The position numbers were made by a program, and so were the translations under genes. Source: a virus (taxonomy: Duplodnaviria; Caudoviricetes). Taken from it: a DNA stretch of 58,324 nucleotides. Positions 35,710-45,866 of this stretch are shown piece by piece. The notes under the pieces are model-generated. The model was given only the letters and a program-made list of their open reading frames with translations, had not been told where the DNA came from and searched no databases. The number at the start of each line of letters is the position of its first letter. Position 1 is the first letter of the stretch. The stretch spans positions 1 through 58,324 of IMG/VR virus record IMGVR_UViG_3300043602_000067; one strand, 5' to 3'.

Positions 35710-38613
35710 ATGAGCTTCCACGGCACCCTGACGCCGCCGACCAACAACAGCAGCATCGTCGTTGGTGCTGCTGGTGGGCCTAGAGGCTTCGCCGCTGGCG
35801 TCACTCAGGTACTCGTCAACTTCCTGCTCAACTACGAGCGTGGCAACCTGGAGCGGATGTCCTCGGACATCAAGAAGTTCGAGCAGGAACGTGCAGAGGC
35901 CAATCAAGCCCTAGTCCAACAGAACAACAAGCTGGTTGCGCTCGACCAGCGCGTCACCGCGGCACAGAAGGCCAAGAGCGACCTGGGCAAAGGTCAGGTC
36001 GCAACGCTCAACGCCATCGCCGCCAGTCAGACGCGCATCAACTCGCTGACCCAACTGGCGGCGCGCAATCAGGCACAGTACGGCGCCGCCCTGACGCGCG
36101 AGAAGGGCATACGCGATCGGTTGATCGCCAACGCATCTGCTGCCAGTGGCCTGTCCTCCAAGCAGGTACGTGACGCAGCCAACCTGGCTTCGCTGGAGCG
36201 TCAGCTCCTAGGCACAACGCTGGACCGCAAGGCAGCAGCGGAGGCGCTCGCTATCGCGGAAAACAAGGTTGCCGCTGCCCAGAGGGCGCAGGCCGCGACC
36301 TCACAGTTCGGCTCTAAGGCAGCCGGGCGCCTGAGCGGCTTGGCTCTCGGCCTGATCGGCGGCACTATCGGCGGGCTGGCTGTCTCCGCGTTGATCACGC
36401 CGGTACAGGACGCCATCACCAACATTGGTGAGCAGCTCAGCGACTTGGCTAACCCGGCTAACAAGGCCAAGGAAGCGGCCGATGGCGTAGCCGAGGCCAT
36501 CGCGCAGATCGGCAGCCAGCAGAACCTGAGCGGGTTGCAGGCCGCAGCCACACTGTTGAAGCAACTCAATTTCCCGCAGGAGCAGGCGGGCGCACTGCTC
36601 CGCGCATCAGACGTGCAGGTAGCCCAGGACTTCCTCACCAAGCAGCAGCAGGTCACCGACTTCCTCCGCGGCGAGCAGCAACTGCGTTCGCAGATAGGCG
36701 CCCAGCTCAACTTCAACAACCGCCTCAACGCCATCAACGTGGAGTTGACACGAAAGGGCGCCGACAACGTAGAGGCGTCGCTCAGCGCAATCAACTTCCT
36801 GCAGCAGATCGGTGCCATCCCTGTCTTCGACCAGTTGGCGCATCTGGCGGGTGGGCCAGGCTTTGCTGACATCTTAGGGTTGAATGAGGAGAACGCTGCC
36901 GCCGCCTATGACGCTGCAGTAACCGAGGGTCGTGCCGCCGACGCAGCAGCCATCCTCGCCTCCAACCTGGAAAACGCCAGGGCGGCAGCGTCCAGTTTGG
37001 CCGACGAGCTTGCCGAGGCTGCTGTCGAGGCCATCAGCGCGGCCAACATCAGTAATCTCGAAGCCGGTCTTAAGAACACGGTCGATGGCATCAACAGGAT
37101 CACCTCCACGGCCATCGACAACATACGCGCTCGGGCTGACAGAGCCTCGGAGTCCGTTAGCAACTCGGCTGAACGGCGCATCAATGCCCTGCAGAAGCAG
37201 ATCCAAGGGTTGGACTCGGGGCCGTCCAACCGCACACAGGCACTACAGCGCCAGCTCGAAGCGCTGAAGGATGTCGGTCCTTCGCGTCAGACCAAGGCGC
37301 TGGCTGACCAGATCGAGCGCCTCAACAAGCTGCAGGATCAGGCTGCCTACCGCCAGTCCCTGCAGGACGTGGCCGAACAGCGTCACGCGGTGCTGCTGGC
37401 CGAGCGGTTGCGTCTGACCAAGCACCAGATCGATCTCGACGACTACCACGGCAAGGATCGGCTCATCGCCATCGATGCCCTGCTGGCCAAGCAGCAGAAG
37501 GCCAACGAGGCACAGGACCGCTTCAACAAGCTGCTCGACATCCAGTACCAGATCCAGCAGGGCGTCCACCGCGAGCAGGGCGAGACGATCCAAGACTTCA
37601 TCCAGCGCCGTGCGCAGTATTACCGCGGGCTGCTGCAGCAGGCAGCAGAACTCAATCGCACCGGCCCACAGGCAGAGCTTGAAGCCGAGCGCGCTCGTGT
37701 GGAGGCGTCGGTCCAACTCAAGGACCTGGAGGAGAAGCGGCGCAAGCTCATCGAGGACCGCGCCCGAGAGCTGCACATGCGCTCGCTGCAGGCGCAGCTA
37801 CAGGCCAGCCAGGAACGCGATCGCAAGGAGCTGGAGTCTCGCAAGGAGGCTCTCCAGAAGCAGATCGAAGCCTCGCGCAAGGCCGATCAGGCTGCCCTCG
37901 AAAGCCGCCGCCAGGCACTGCAGGCGCAGATCGAGGCCGTCCGTAAGAACAGCCAGCAGCAGATAGAGAGCATCCAGAAGCAGCGTGACGCTGACATCGC
38001 GGCGCGTGAGTTGGCGCGCGACAAGGCCATAGCCGCCGTGCAGCGAGTCACTGAGATGGCTATCGCCTCCGAGAAGAAGCGCGCCGAGGACATCAAGCGT
38101 ATAGCCAGCCAGTCCGAGACAGCACGACTCGTGCAAGCATTCCAAGGCGCCCAAAGCCTGGCTCAACTGCAGTTGTTCGCGGGGCAGCTCTCAGGCTCCC
38201 TGTACGCCGTGGGTTACCTCCAGCAGACGGGTCAGTATCTCGGCCTAGATATAGCCACCCGCAATCAGATTGCCGCCAATGCTGCACAAGCGGTGCTGGC
38301 GTACACGAGGAAGTTGAACGAGTTCTACCGCAACACCAGAACGACGACGCCCGCCTTTGCCGAGGGCGGTGTCTTCCGCCTCAACAACATGAACACCCCG
38401 CTCGGCAAGGACGTACGCTGGGGCGATGGCCAAGGCGACGAGATCGGCGTGGTGCTCAGCAACAAGGTCACCCAGGCGTTGCGCGACAACGGCGGTGCCG
38501 GTGGTGGCCCGCTCATCGGTGGTGACGTGATCTTCCAGGCACAGGACCCATGGCGCGACAGCTATCGTTTCAGGCGCATGGCTCGTGACGTGCAGCGCGA
38601 CGAGTTCAACTGA
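35710..38613 (+). CDS. Tape measure protein
   Basis: 967 aa, A/Q/L-rich helical, hydrophobic Gly-rich segment, FAEGG near C-terminus. Confidence 0.88.
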   Translation: MSFHGTLTPPTNNSSIVVGAAGGPRGFAAGVTQVLVNFLLNYERGNLERMSSDIKKFEQERAEANQALVQQNNKLVALDQRVTAAQKAKSDLGKGQVATLNAIAASQTRINSLTQLAARNQAQYGAALTREKGIRDRLIANASAASGLSSKQVRDAANLASLERQLLGTTLDRKAAAEALAIAENKVAAAQRAQAATSQFGSKAAGRLSGLALGLIGGTIGGLAVSALITPVQDAITNIGEQLSDLANPANKAKEAADGVAEAIAQIGSQQNLSGLQAAATLLKQLNFPQEQAGALLRASDVQVAQDFLTKQQQVTDFLRGEQQLRSQIGAQLNFNNRLNAINVELTRKGADNVEASLSAINFLQQIGAIPVFDQLAHLAGGPGFADILGLNEENAAAAYDAAVTEGRAADAAAILASNLENARAAASSLADELAEAAVEAISAANISNLEAGLKNTVDGINRITSTAIDNIRARADRASESVSNSAERRINALQKQIQGLDSGPSNRTQALQRQLEALKDVGPSRQTKALADQIERLNKLQDQAAYRQSLQDVAEQRHAVLLAERLRLTKHQIDLDDYHGKDRLIAIDALLAKQQKANEAQDRFNKLLDIQYQIQQGVHREQGETIQDFIQRRAQYYRGLLQQAAELNRTGPQAELEAERARVEASVQLKDLEEKRRKLIEDRARELHMRSLQAQLQASQERDRKELESRKEALQKQIEASRKADQAALESRRQALQAQIEAVRKNSQQQIESIQKQRDADIAARELARDKAIAAVQRVTEMAIASEKKRAEDIKRIASQSETARLVQAFQGAQSLAQLQLFAGQLSGSLYAVGYLQQTGQYLGLDIATRNQIAANAAQAVLAYTRKLNEFYRNTRTTTPAFAEGGVFRLNNMNTPLGKDVRWGDGQGDEIGVVLSNKVTQALRDNGGAGGGPLIGGDVIFQAQDPWRDSYRFRRMARDVQRDEFN

Positions 38614-39068
38614 TGGCCCAGCGCATCCCGTTGATCCTCTCTGTGCCCACCTCAGCAGGTGGCGATACGGCCGCTGCCACGTTCGCCTTCTTCTCGGGCG
38701 ACTACAGACCGCCTCGGCAGGGGCGCTCGACAGCCTCGGACACCGTGCACAACCAGAACGGCCTCTTCAAGTACCGCTACGACAACGGGCCGAACGTATT
38801 CGAGTGGCAGACCTTCCGCATCATCGTCAGTGATCGCTTTATGAATGACGGCGTAGGCAATACGGCCATCGGTTCGGCTACCCAGCAACTGTCGCACCTG
38901 GACTTCCTGTGGAACTACGTGGAGGGGCCACTGGGCTTCGCTGCGCCCGAGGGCGTATACAGCGTTGATTGGGCAGAGGCGCCGCTGGAGAAGGTGTTCC
39001 GCGGCTTCCCAGGTGCTGCCGGTGACAAGATCGATTGGGACGTGAGCATCAACTTCGAGGAAGGCTGA
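38613..39068 (+). CDS. Probable distal tail protein
   Basis: Size and position after the tape measure; ends INFEEG. Confidence 0.55.
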   Translation: MAQRIPLILSVPTSAGGDTAAATFAFFSGDYRPPRQGRSTASDTVHNQNGLFKYRYDNGPNVFEWQTFRIIVSDRFMNDGVGNTAIGSATQQLSHLDFLWNYVEGPLGFAAPEGVYSVDWAEAPLEKVFRGFPGAAGDKIDWDVSINFEEG

Positions 39069-41234
39069 GTGGTCAGCAGCACCACGCGAAGGACGGGCAC
39101 GATCGTCCGCGTCCACAACGACAACCTGAACGCGTGGCAGGATTACGCTGGTACCGACATCAACATCGACGTGGCTTATCAGTTCCTTGGTGCTATCCAC
39201 GAGGATTACGAGAAGGAACATTGGCAATACCGTGGCCAGGCAGCGATGTGCGCGGATGGTGACGACAGCAAGATCACCAGGTTGCGCATCGGTGATGGCA
39301 CATCCGCGGATCGCAAGATCTACAGCCAGACGATCACCGACCCCGAGGACCCCACCCAGTGGGAGAGCTGGTCGGTCCTGTATACCGGCGACCACTATGC
39401 AGTGGCGATCGAGCCGATAACCGGTGGCGGGCACCGCGTCTACAGTGCCAAGGCCGATGGCATCTACGTGGACAACGTGCTGAAGGTAGCGGCCACCAAC
39501 GTGGTGCGCATCAAGCCTGTCGCGTTCGACCAGAAGCGGCTGTACGTGCAGACGGTAGAGCAGGACACGGACGGCAACCGCGAGCTGCTGTGGTGGTTCG
39601 TGCCCGACGTGCTGGCGGGCGGGGCGGTGCTCATCGAGGACTGCGCCAGCTATCGCTGGTACCGCCACGACATGGTGGCGCTGAAGGGACCCTCGACCTT
39701 CTACTACCGCTTCCGCGCTATGGCTCACGAGGCTGCCTCGCGCAACGCCAAGGCCAGCCAGATCCTGACCTGCGAGACGGCCAACAACCTGTCCAACGAT
39801 GAGTTCAACGAGTGGGACACGATCCGCTACCTGAAAGGCCCGTCCGAGCAGGCTGGCTTCAAGGCCATCGACAACATGTACGTCACCGCGCTCAGCTCTG
39901 CTCGCTGGCCAGGTGGCGCCTACTTCCTGTTCTACAACGAACGCCACTTCGACGATAACGGCAACGTGCTGTCGAACCTCAAGAACCCATTGTTCTGGCA
40001 GCGCAGCGTTGGCTTCCCGTACTACCTCTCTGCCCCTGTGCCCGTGGGCTTCTCTATCTGGGGCTTTGCCGGTGCGGTCCAGTGGGAGGACTACATCTGG
40101 GCGGCGGGTAACGGACGCGTCCTGCGCAGGCCGCAGATGGAAACGACCTTGGAGTTGACCGATTACGTTATCGAGGGCAACTACGAGACCCCGCGTGACA
40201 ACCAGAAGAGCACCGGCACCATGGTCTGCGCCAACGCAGGTAACGCTGTGGGGGCCATGCTTGGCCTCGCTGACACGGATGAGGCGGGGTACACAGAGAG
40301 GCGTGTTGACCTAGCTATCGGCCAGAAGGGCGCATCCGACGAGGACTACACGTGGAAGGTTGACGACTCGTGGTGGATCAGCCGTCTACGCAAGGTCAAG
40401 GGCGAGGATGGGCGCGAGCAGGTGATGGTCAGCATCGGTAACTTCTGGCATCGTCTGGAGGTTCCCTTCCGCGACACGATCATGCTGCCTGGCCACTTCG
40501 AGTGGAGCGACTGGCAACCCGACTCCCCCAACCAGCTCTTCAACTATACGAACGCTTACGACGAGTTCGTGAGCTACAACCCGGTGGGCGCCGACCCCCA
40601 GTACGTGCCACGCCTGAAGACGGTCATCTCGGGCAACCCCGACGTTCCCGCGGGTCTGGATACGATCACTCTCTTTGCAGGTTGGCGTGGCGAGAACGGG
40701 ATGGTGCGCGCCCTGCTATGGGCAGATGGTGGCTTGGTCTTCCGCTACCAGGACGCCGATAACTTCTTCGTGGCGCAGGCAACCTCGTCAGGCACACTCA
40801 CCTTGAAGCGTTTTCAGGATGGCGTGGTCTCAACACTGGCTTCGGTAGCACTGGGGGCAGGGGTTGCGTTCTGGCTGACCGTTGACTATCGCTGGGCGCG
40901 TATCCGTATCGATGTGAACTTCGACGATCTGGTGTTGGAGCACACGCTCGTTGACCCCACACCATTCAGTGGCTTCGTTGGCACGACCAGTCGGGAGATC
41001 AGCAACTTCGAGGTCAGCGACTGGAACGCGGACCTGCGTACCAAGGAACTGCTGCGCATCCTGCTGTCGCATGCGGACGAGCACGAGGTGGAGTTGGAGA
41101 TAGATGAGGAGACTGCCTCGGCTGGCCAGCTAGACCTGCTCTATGGCCCGCAGTCGGATCTCGACGCCCCAGAAAAGGCTTTCCGGCAGGTACTCGAAGC
41201 GAGTAACCTGCAGACTGTTTTCTTGGAGGATTAG
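39069..41234 (+). CDS. Tail-tip hub (Tal-like) protein, N-terminal part
   Basis: Position; LELTDYVI; ends abruptly at FRQVLEASNLQTVFLED. Confidence 0.65.
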   Translation: MVSSTTRRTGTIVRVHNDNLNAWQDYAGTDINIDVAYQFLGAIHEDYEKEHWQYRGQAAMCADGDDSKITRLRIGDGTSADRKIYSQTITDPEDPTQWESWSVLYTGDHYAVAIEPITGGGHRVYSAKADGIYVDNVLKVAATNVVRIKPVAFDQKRLYVQTVEQDTDGNRELLWWFVPDVLAGGAVLIEDCASYRWYRHDMVALKGPSTFYYRFRAMAHEAASRNAKASQILTCETANNLSNDEFNEWDTIRYLKGPSEQAGFKAIDNMYVTALSSARWPGGAYFLFYNERHFDDNGNVLSNLKNPLFWQRSVGFPYYLSAPVPVGFSIWGFAGAVQWEDYIWAAGNGRVLRRPQMETTLELTDYVIEGNYETPRDNQKSTGTMVCANAGNAVGAMLGLADTDEAGYTERRVDLAIGQKGASDEDYTWKVDDSWWISRLRKVKGEDGREQVMVSIGNFWHRLEVPFRDTIMLPGHFEWSDWQPDSPNQLFNYTNAYDEFVSYNPVGADPQYVPRLKTVISGNPDVPAGLDTITLFAGWRGENGMVRALLWADGGLVFRYQDADNFFVAQATSSGTLTLKRFQDGVVSTLASVALGAGVAFWLTVDYRWARIRIDVNFDDLVLEHTLVDPTPFSGFVGTTSREISNFEVSDWNADLRTKELLRILLSHADEHEVELEIDEETASAGQLDLLYGPQSDLDAPEKAFRQVLEASNLQTVFLED

Positions 41235-42203
41235 ATGGGTATCAAGCACGCCCACCAGACGGTCATCGTTGATGATCCGCTGGCTGACGTAAGCGCCGAC
41301 GAGTGGAATGCAGCGCACTCTATCGACGCGCCTATTGCTGTCGCTGATGGTGGGACAGGAGCCGCCACTGCTGCTGCCGCGGCTACTGCTTTGGGAGTGG
41401 GCACCGGTGACTCGCCGCAGCACGCCGGGATAAACCTGGGGCATGCGTCTGACACGACGCTGGGGCGCACCAGTGCGGGGGTGATGAACGTCGAAGGCAA
41501 AGACGTTTACATGGTTGGCGGCGCTGACGTAGCTGTTGCAGACGGTGGAACAGGTGCTGGTACTGCAGGTGGAGCAGCGACCAATCTTGGCCTCGGTACC
41601 GGTGACACGCCGACCTTTACTGGCGTCAATGTAGGCAACGCAGATACCACGGTTACTCGTCTCGCTGCTGGCAGCCTCGCAGTGGAGGGTGTGCCTATCA
41701 AACTCGGCTCGATGTTCGTCCCTGCGGCAGCTATGACGCCCTCGACGACCAGCGGCTGCAAGGCGCCGACACTCCATGAGTCAGCGACCAACAAGCAGAA
41801 CAAGTGGTTCCTTGACTTCATCGACGGCTCGACCACCTTTGCCGAGTGGCTGTCGGCTATGCCTGCCGACTACGACGGTGGCACATTCACCGCGGTGTTC
41901 TACTGGAGCAACGCCAATACCACCGGCAACGTGGTGCGCTGGCAGATAGAGGCCCGCTCGTACGGTGACTTGGAGACCTACGACCAGGCGTTCGGCACCG
42001 CTCAGACCGTTGACGACACCTACAGCACTACGGCCCACCAGGTGGCCATCAGCGCAGCCACAGGAGCCTGTACGCCCTCGGGTACCCCTGCCGCCAATGA
42101 GTTGATGCACTTTCGAGCAGCTCGCGTTGGAGGCAACGCCGCAGACACGCTAACGACCGACGCTCGGCTGATCGGCGTGCGCATCAACTACACGAGAACC
42201 TAG
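41235..42203 (+). CDS. Tail fibre-like protein
   Basis: IKH...DEWNAAH N-terminus; two AVADGGTGA...LGxGTGD repeats. Confidence 0.65.
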   Translation: MGIKHAHQTVIVDDPLADVSADEWNAAHSIDAPIAVADGGTGAATAAAAATALGVGTGDSPQHAGINLGHASDTTLGRTSAGVMNVEGKDVYMVGGADVAVADGGTGAGTAGGAATNLGLGTGDTPTFTGVNVGNADTTVTRLAAGSLAVEGVPIKLGSMFVPAAAMTPSTTSGCKAPTLHESATNKQNKWFLDFIDGSTTFAEWLSAMPADYDGGTFTAVFYWSNANTTGNVVRWQIEARSYGDLETYDQAFGTAQTVDDTYSTTAHQVAISAATGACTPSGTPAANELMHFRAARVGGNAADTLTTDARLIGVRINYTRT

Positions 42204-42871
42204 TGCCTGCCGAGCGGTTCTTCCTACCGGACGTTGCCAACACGATAACGCCTATCTCCCCTGCCTTTGCGGCCTGGGACGTAACCACCTCGGCCACCCG
42301 TGGGCCTGGCCTAGCTGCCAAGGAAGCGGGGGGCACGTCCACTATCCTGGCGGGGACGGGCACGGCCAACCAGAACCGACTGCACCGCCAGATCATCCTG
42401 GGTCCGTTCGCAGCACAGGACGTTAACGTTCTGTTCAAGGGCATTATCCGTACGCGCGAGGACAACGCCTTAGTCGATGCCCGCGCCCAGTGCGTACTGC
42501 GCGCTATCGCCCTAGACGGGAGTACCGTGCTAGCGACGCCAATTAACTTCGATAACAGCGCACTAGCCCAAGAGTTCGGGATAGCCTTCGCGGTACACCG
42601 CTTCCCGCTCGCCTATCCGAGTGGCGGTGCAGCGGTAGTGGCATCCCTTAAACAGCCGTTCTACTGGGCAATCGAGTTAGGCCACCGTAACCACGCCACC
42701 GATGTGAATACCGTGCGCTTGGTATGGCAGGGCGGCATCGGTACGGACCTCTCAGAGACTGAAGGAGATGTAACTGCCGGTGACGGCTGGTTAGAGTTCA
42801 GCGAGACGCTGCCGCGTTACTCTCCCAAGGTCAAGCCCATCCACATGGATGTGGGGATAGGTCTCGCATGA
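42203..42871 (+). CDS. Accessory tail protein
   Basis: TAGTG overlap; structural cluster. Confidence 0.55.
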   Translation: MPAERFFLPDVANTITPISPAFAAWDVTTSATRGPGLAAKEAGGTSTILAGTGTANQNRLHRQIILGPFAAQDVNVLFKGIIRTREDNALVDARAQCVLRAIALDGSTVLATPINFDNSALAQEFGIAFAVHRFPLAYPSGGAAVVASLKQPFYWAIELGHRNHATDVNTVRLVWQGGIGTDLSETEGDVTAGDGWLEFSETLPRYSPKVKPIHMDVGIGLA

Positions 42872-43515
42872 CTCGACTCTTCGACCCAGCCATCTTCGAC
42901 CCGGCGATCTTCGACACGTCCGCCGCAGTCGAGCCTGTCGTATTGCCTACCGGTCACCTGCACATCGGCAAGTTCATCACCGCCGTGCCGCTCTACACGC
43001 TGGAGAACGAGATCATCAATCAGGATGAGATCGACGACGGCAGGCTGCGCGCCAACGTGGTGGTGGTCGATGGACTGCAAGACTCGTGGACGGAGTACGA
43101 CCGCGACGACCTGATAGCTCGCGATACAGCGATCACGGCTTATCTGGACCTACCCGAGCTGAAGACTCCTGGCGACGTGCGTCAGCGTGCGGTGGAGGAG
43201 GTCCAGACTGCGCGTGGGGTGACCAGTCCTGGTGGTGATGTAGCAGGCCCGGTGGTGCTGAGCATCACGCGCATGGACCCGATCTTCTGGATCGATGAGC
43301 ACGGTAACAAGTACCAGACGCGTATCGAGGGTAAGTCGGTAGAGTGGAACCAGAGCCTGACACCTTTCCAACGCGCCTCTATCGATACGGGAGCCATCAT
43401 CTTCTGCCCACCCGAGGGCGATGAGTTGACCTATATTGCTCGTGACCTGTTCGACCGTGACACGGCCATCGGTCTGGGCAGCGCACTGACCGGAGGAGAC
43501 TGGGTAATCACATGA
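42868..43515 (+). CDS. Tail-tip hub, apparent C-terminal part, with FDPAIFDPAIFD leader
   Basis: GHLHIGKF, ANVVVVDG, MDPIFWID...RIEG resemble later hub domains. Confidence 0.55.
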   Translation: MTRLFDPAIFDPAIFDTSAAVEPVVLPTGHLHIGKFITAVPLYTLENEIINQDEIDDGRLRANVVVVDGLQDSWTEYDRDDLIARDTAITAYLDLPELKTPGDVRQRAVEEVQTARGVTSPGGDVAGPVVLSITRMDPIFWIDEHGNKYQTRIEGKSVEWNQSLTPFQRASIDTGAIIFCPPEGDELTYIARDLFDRDTAIGLGSALTGGDWVIT

Positions 43516-44198
43516 TCGATCGCATCATCGACCTGCTGCGCTCCAAGGGCATCCTCCATCACGAGGTGGACCTGTGCGTTGACTGCCCGCCAAAGGAGCA
43601 GAAGTTCATCATCTCCCATCAACCAAGTGAGTTCACTGAGAACGATCCACACGTAACCGACCAGATAGTCGAGGACGTACCGAAGCCCGGTAACTGGGGT
43701 GTCGAGACGATCGTCGAAAAGTACGACGGTGACTACACGGCCGAGGAGATCCAGCGGCTGGGGATCAAGCCGGTGGAGGTCGTACGTTCCACGGGAAACC
43801 TTTTGATGAACGCCGGTGCCCAACGGCTCATCGACCAGCTCATCGGCGCCACCACGTTGCCCTTCGATAACACTCACGCCCGCCTCGGGGTGGGTAACTC
43901 ATCGACTGCCGCAGTAGCTACCCACACCGACCTGCAGGCAGCCGCAGGAGCCGGTAATCGCCAGTTCAAGATGGTGGATGCCACCTTCCCGTCACGAGCC
44001 AGCCAGACCGTCACCTTCAAGGCCACCTTCGCTGCCGGTGAGGCACAGTTCGCCTGGTTGGAGTGGTGCATAGATCGCGGTACCGCGGATGGCACGACGG
44101 TCACTGCGCCGATGTTCAACCGCAAGGTGCCGGTCGGCGGGCTGGGCACCAAGGGCGCCGTCTCCTGGGCTTTGACGGTAACGATCACCCCGGCCTGA
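43512..44198 (+). CDS. Accessory virion (fibre-associated) protein
   Basis: NLLMNAG, LGVGNSSTAA..T.TDLQ, ATFAAGEAQFAWLEW, MFNRKV..LGTK. Confidence 0.65.
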   Translation: MIDRIIDLLRSKGILHHEVDLCVDCPPKEQKFIISHQPSEFTENDPHVTDQIVEDVPKPGNWGVETIVEKYDGDYTAEEIQRLGIKPVEVVRSTGNLLMNAGAQRLIDQLIGATTLPFDNTHARLGVGNSSTAAVATHTDLQAAAGAGNRQFKMVDATFPSRASQTVTFKATFAAGEAQFAWLEWCIDRGTADGTTVTAPMFNRKVPVGGLGTKGAVSWALTVTITPA

Positions 44199-44199
44199 C

Positions 44200-45537
44200 A
44201 TGGCCGATCAAGTAGTCTCCAAGGACGCCTACCTAGTCCAGAAGATAGGCGGCAGCACCAAGTACGGCAACGGCGATGGGACCCTGACCATCGTCGGCCG
44301 CGTGCCCTCTGGTGATGGCACCAACGACTGGAAGACGCGCAGCGTCTACGAGATCCCATTGCGCGGTGGTGGAGTGGGCATCCTCGATGGCCTGTCCACG
44401 GTAAGCGCATCCGACTTCGAGTTGACGGTAGCTGGTGCAACCTGCCTGATAGGTGGTCGCGGAGCGCAGTTCTACGCCTTCCTCGAAGAGATCACCACCG
44501 ACTTCGTTGAGAAGGCAGCAGCCGGTGACTGTGCCTTCGGCTCGGGCACAGGGAACGGTGTGTGGGGCGCCGACTCGGGTGCCATCACGACCAATCGGGT
44601 GTTCAAGTCGTCGCCTGGCCTGAATACTGGCGACAAGGTTTCGTTCAACAACACGGCCATGATGCAGGCGTGGTTGGCGGACACCAGCAAGACGGTCGCC
44701 CGAGTGCGCGTCATCTTCGCCAACAGCGCGGGTACAACCTACGACGAGACGGCCGGGGCCGTGCGTGGCACAGCGTTCTACTCGCTCCAACATGCGACGG
44801 CAGGCAACCGCCCTGTGCAGCACGTCACAGGCTCTGGTGGCGCAGTGGCCAAGGGCGACAGCGACACGATCACCATCGACGAGCAGCAAACCAAGACCGA
44901 GTTGTCCACCACGCCCTCGGACAGCGACACGATCACCATCATTGAGTCCGAGGCCGCTGGCCCTGTGCCCACGTGGTACACCGAAGCTGATGAGACCGGT
45001 GCTGGTGTAGGGAAGGTAGTGCTCCCGGCGTCCAACCTATTCACCTCGGCGTTGCTCACTGGGGTGAGCGAGGAGGACGTGGTGATCCAATCCAAGTTCT
45101 CGATCAACAAGATCCCATCCACGCAGAGCGTTATCTGGTGGCACGTCGCTCGCGTGCAGGAACCAACGCTCAGTAACTTCTACGGCCTGCTGGCCTCGTG
45201 CAAGAACATCGGCGGCAACGCTGGCATATCGATCAACATGGTCAAAGAGGTGGGCGGGATCATCACCATCATCGGTACCATCATCAGCCTGCGGGCGCTA
45301 CTGGTGGGCACCGACTACTGGTTGAAGTTCATCGTCTTCGGCACCTCCCCGACCACCATCGCAGGCAAGCTGTGGCGCGACGATGAGAACGAACCGGATG
45401 GCTATCAGGTTACCGGGCAGGACTCCGAGGCTGTGTTGCAGGTCGCTGGGCAGGTAGGATTGCGAGCGTCCACGGCTAACGTGGGCAATCTACCCATCAC
45501 GTTCACCTTCGACGACTTCACGGTGGTAGCACCATGA
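44200..45537 (+). CDS. Tail protein with DSDTITI repeats and C-terminal beta-sandwich (lectin-like) domain
   Basis: GTSPTTIAGKLW...EP...DSEAVLQVAGQVGLR...FDDFTV. Confidence 0.6.
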   Translation: MADQVVSKDAYLVQKIGGSTKYGNGDGTLTIVGRVPSGDGTNDWKTRSVYEIPLRGGGVGILDGLSTVSASDFELTVAGATCLIGGRGAQFYAFLEEITTDFVEKAAAGDCAFGSGTGNGVWGADSGAITTNRVFKSSPGLNTGDKVSFNNTAMMQAWLADTSKTVARVRVIFANSAGTTYDETAGAVRGTAFYSLQHATAGNRPVQHVTGSGGAVAKGDSDTITIDEQQTKTELSTTPSDSDTITIIESEAAGPVPTWYTEADETGAGVGKVVLPASNLFTSALLTGVSEEDVVIQSKFSINKIPSTQSVIWWHVARVQEPTLSNFYGLLASCKNIGGNAGISINMVKEVGGIITIIGTIISLRALLVGTDYWLKFIVFGTSPTTIAGKLWRDDENEPDGYQVTGQDSEAVLQVAGQVGLRASTANVGNLPITFTFDDFTVVAP

Positions 45538-45866
45538 GAGACGGGCAGCGCTACGGGCCTACCAAGCGCACCAGCAACTCCAGCCTGCGCCAGTTGCGCA
45601 CGGTCGAGACCAACGTGCGCCGTACGGCCAACCAGCGCCCGCAGCCCAAGACGCGTACGGCCTTCCTGCTCGATACCTACTCGGGCTATGCCCTGCAGGC
45701 TCTGGTGCAGCTCAGCGACCCACGTACGTCGGTGCGGGGAACGATCATCCGCGCCTCCATCCGGCCAGGCATCGGGTTGCCCAACGCGGTGGCCGCTGGC
45801 ACCCCTGTGACCATCGTCATCCGCCACGGACAGGTCGAGATCATCGGCCTCTCGTCGAGCTTGTAG
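45534..45866 (+). CDS. Small tail-region protein
   Basis: ATGA/TAGTG overlaps; OB-like GTPVTIVIRHGQVEIIG ending. Confidence 0.5.
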   Translation: MRDGQRYGPTKRTSNSSLRQLRTVETNVRRTANQRPQPKTRTAFLLDTYSGYALQALVQLSDPRTSVRGTIIRASIRPGIGLPNAVAAGTPVTIVIRHGQVEIIGLSSSL

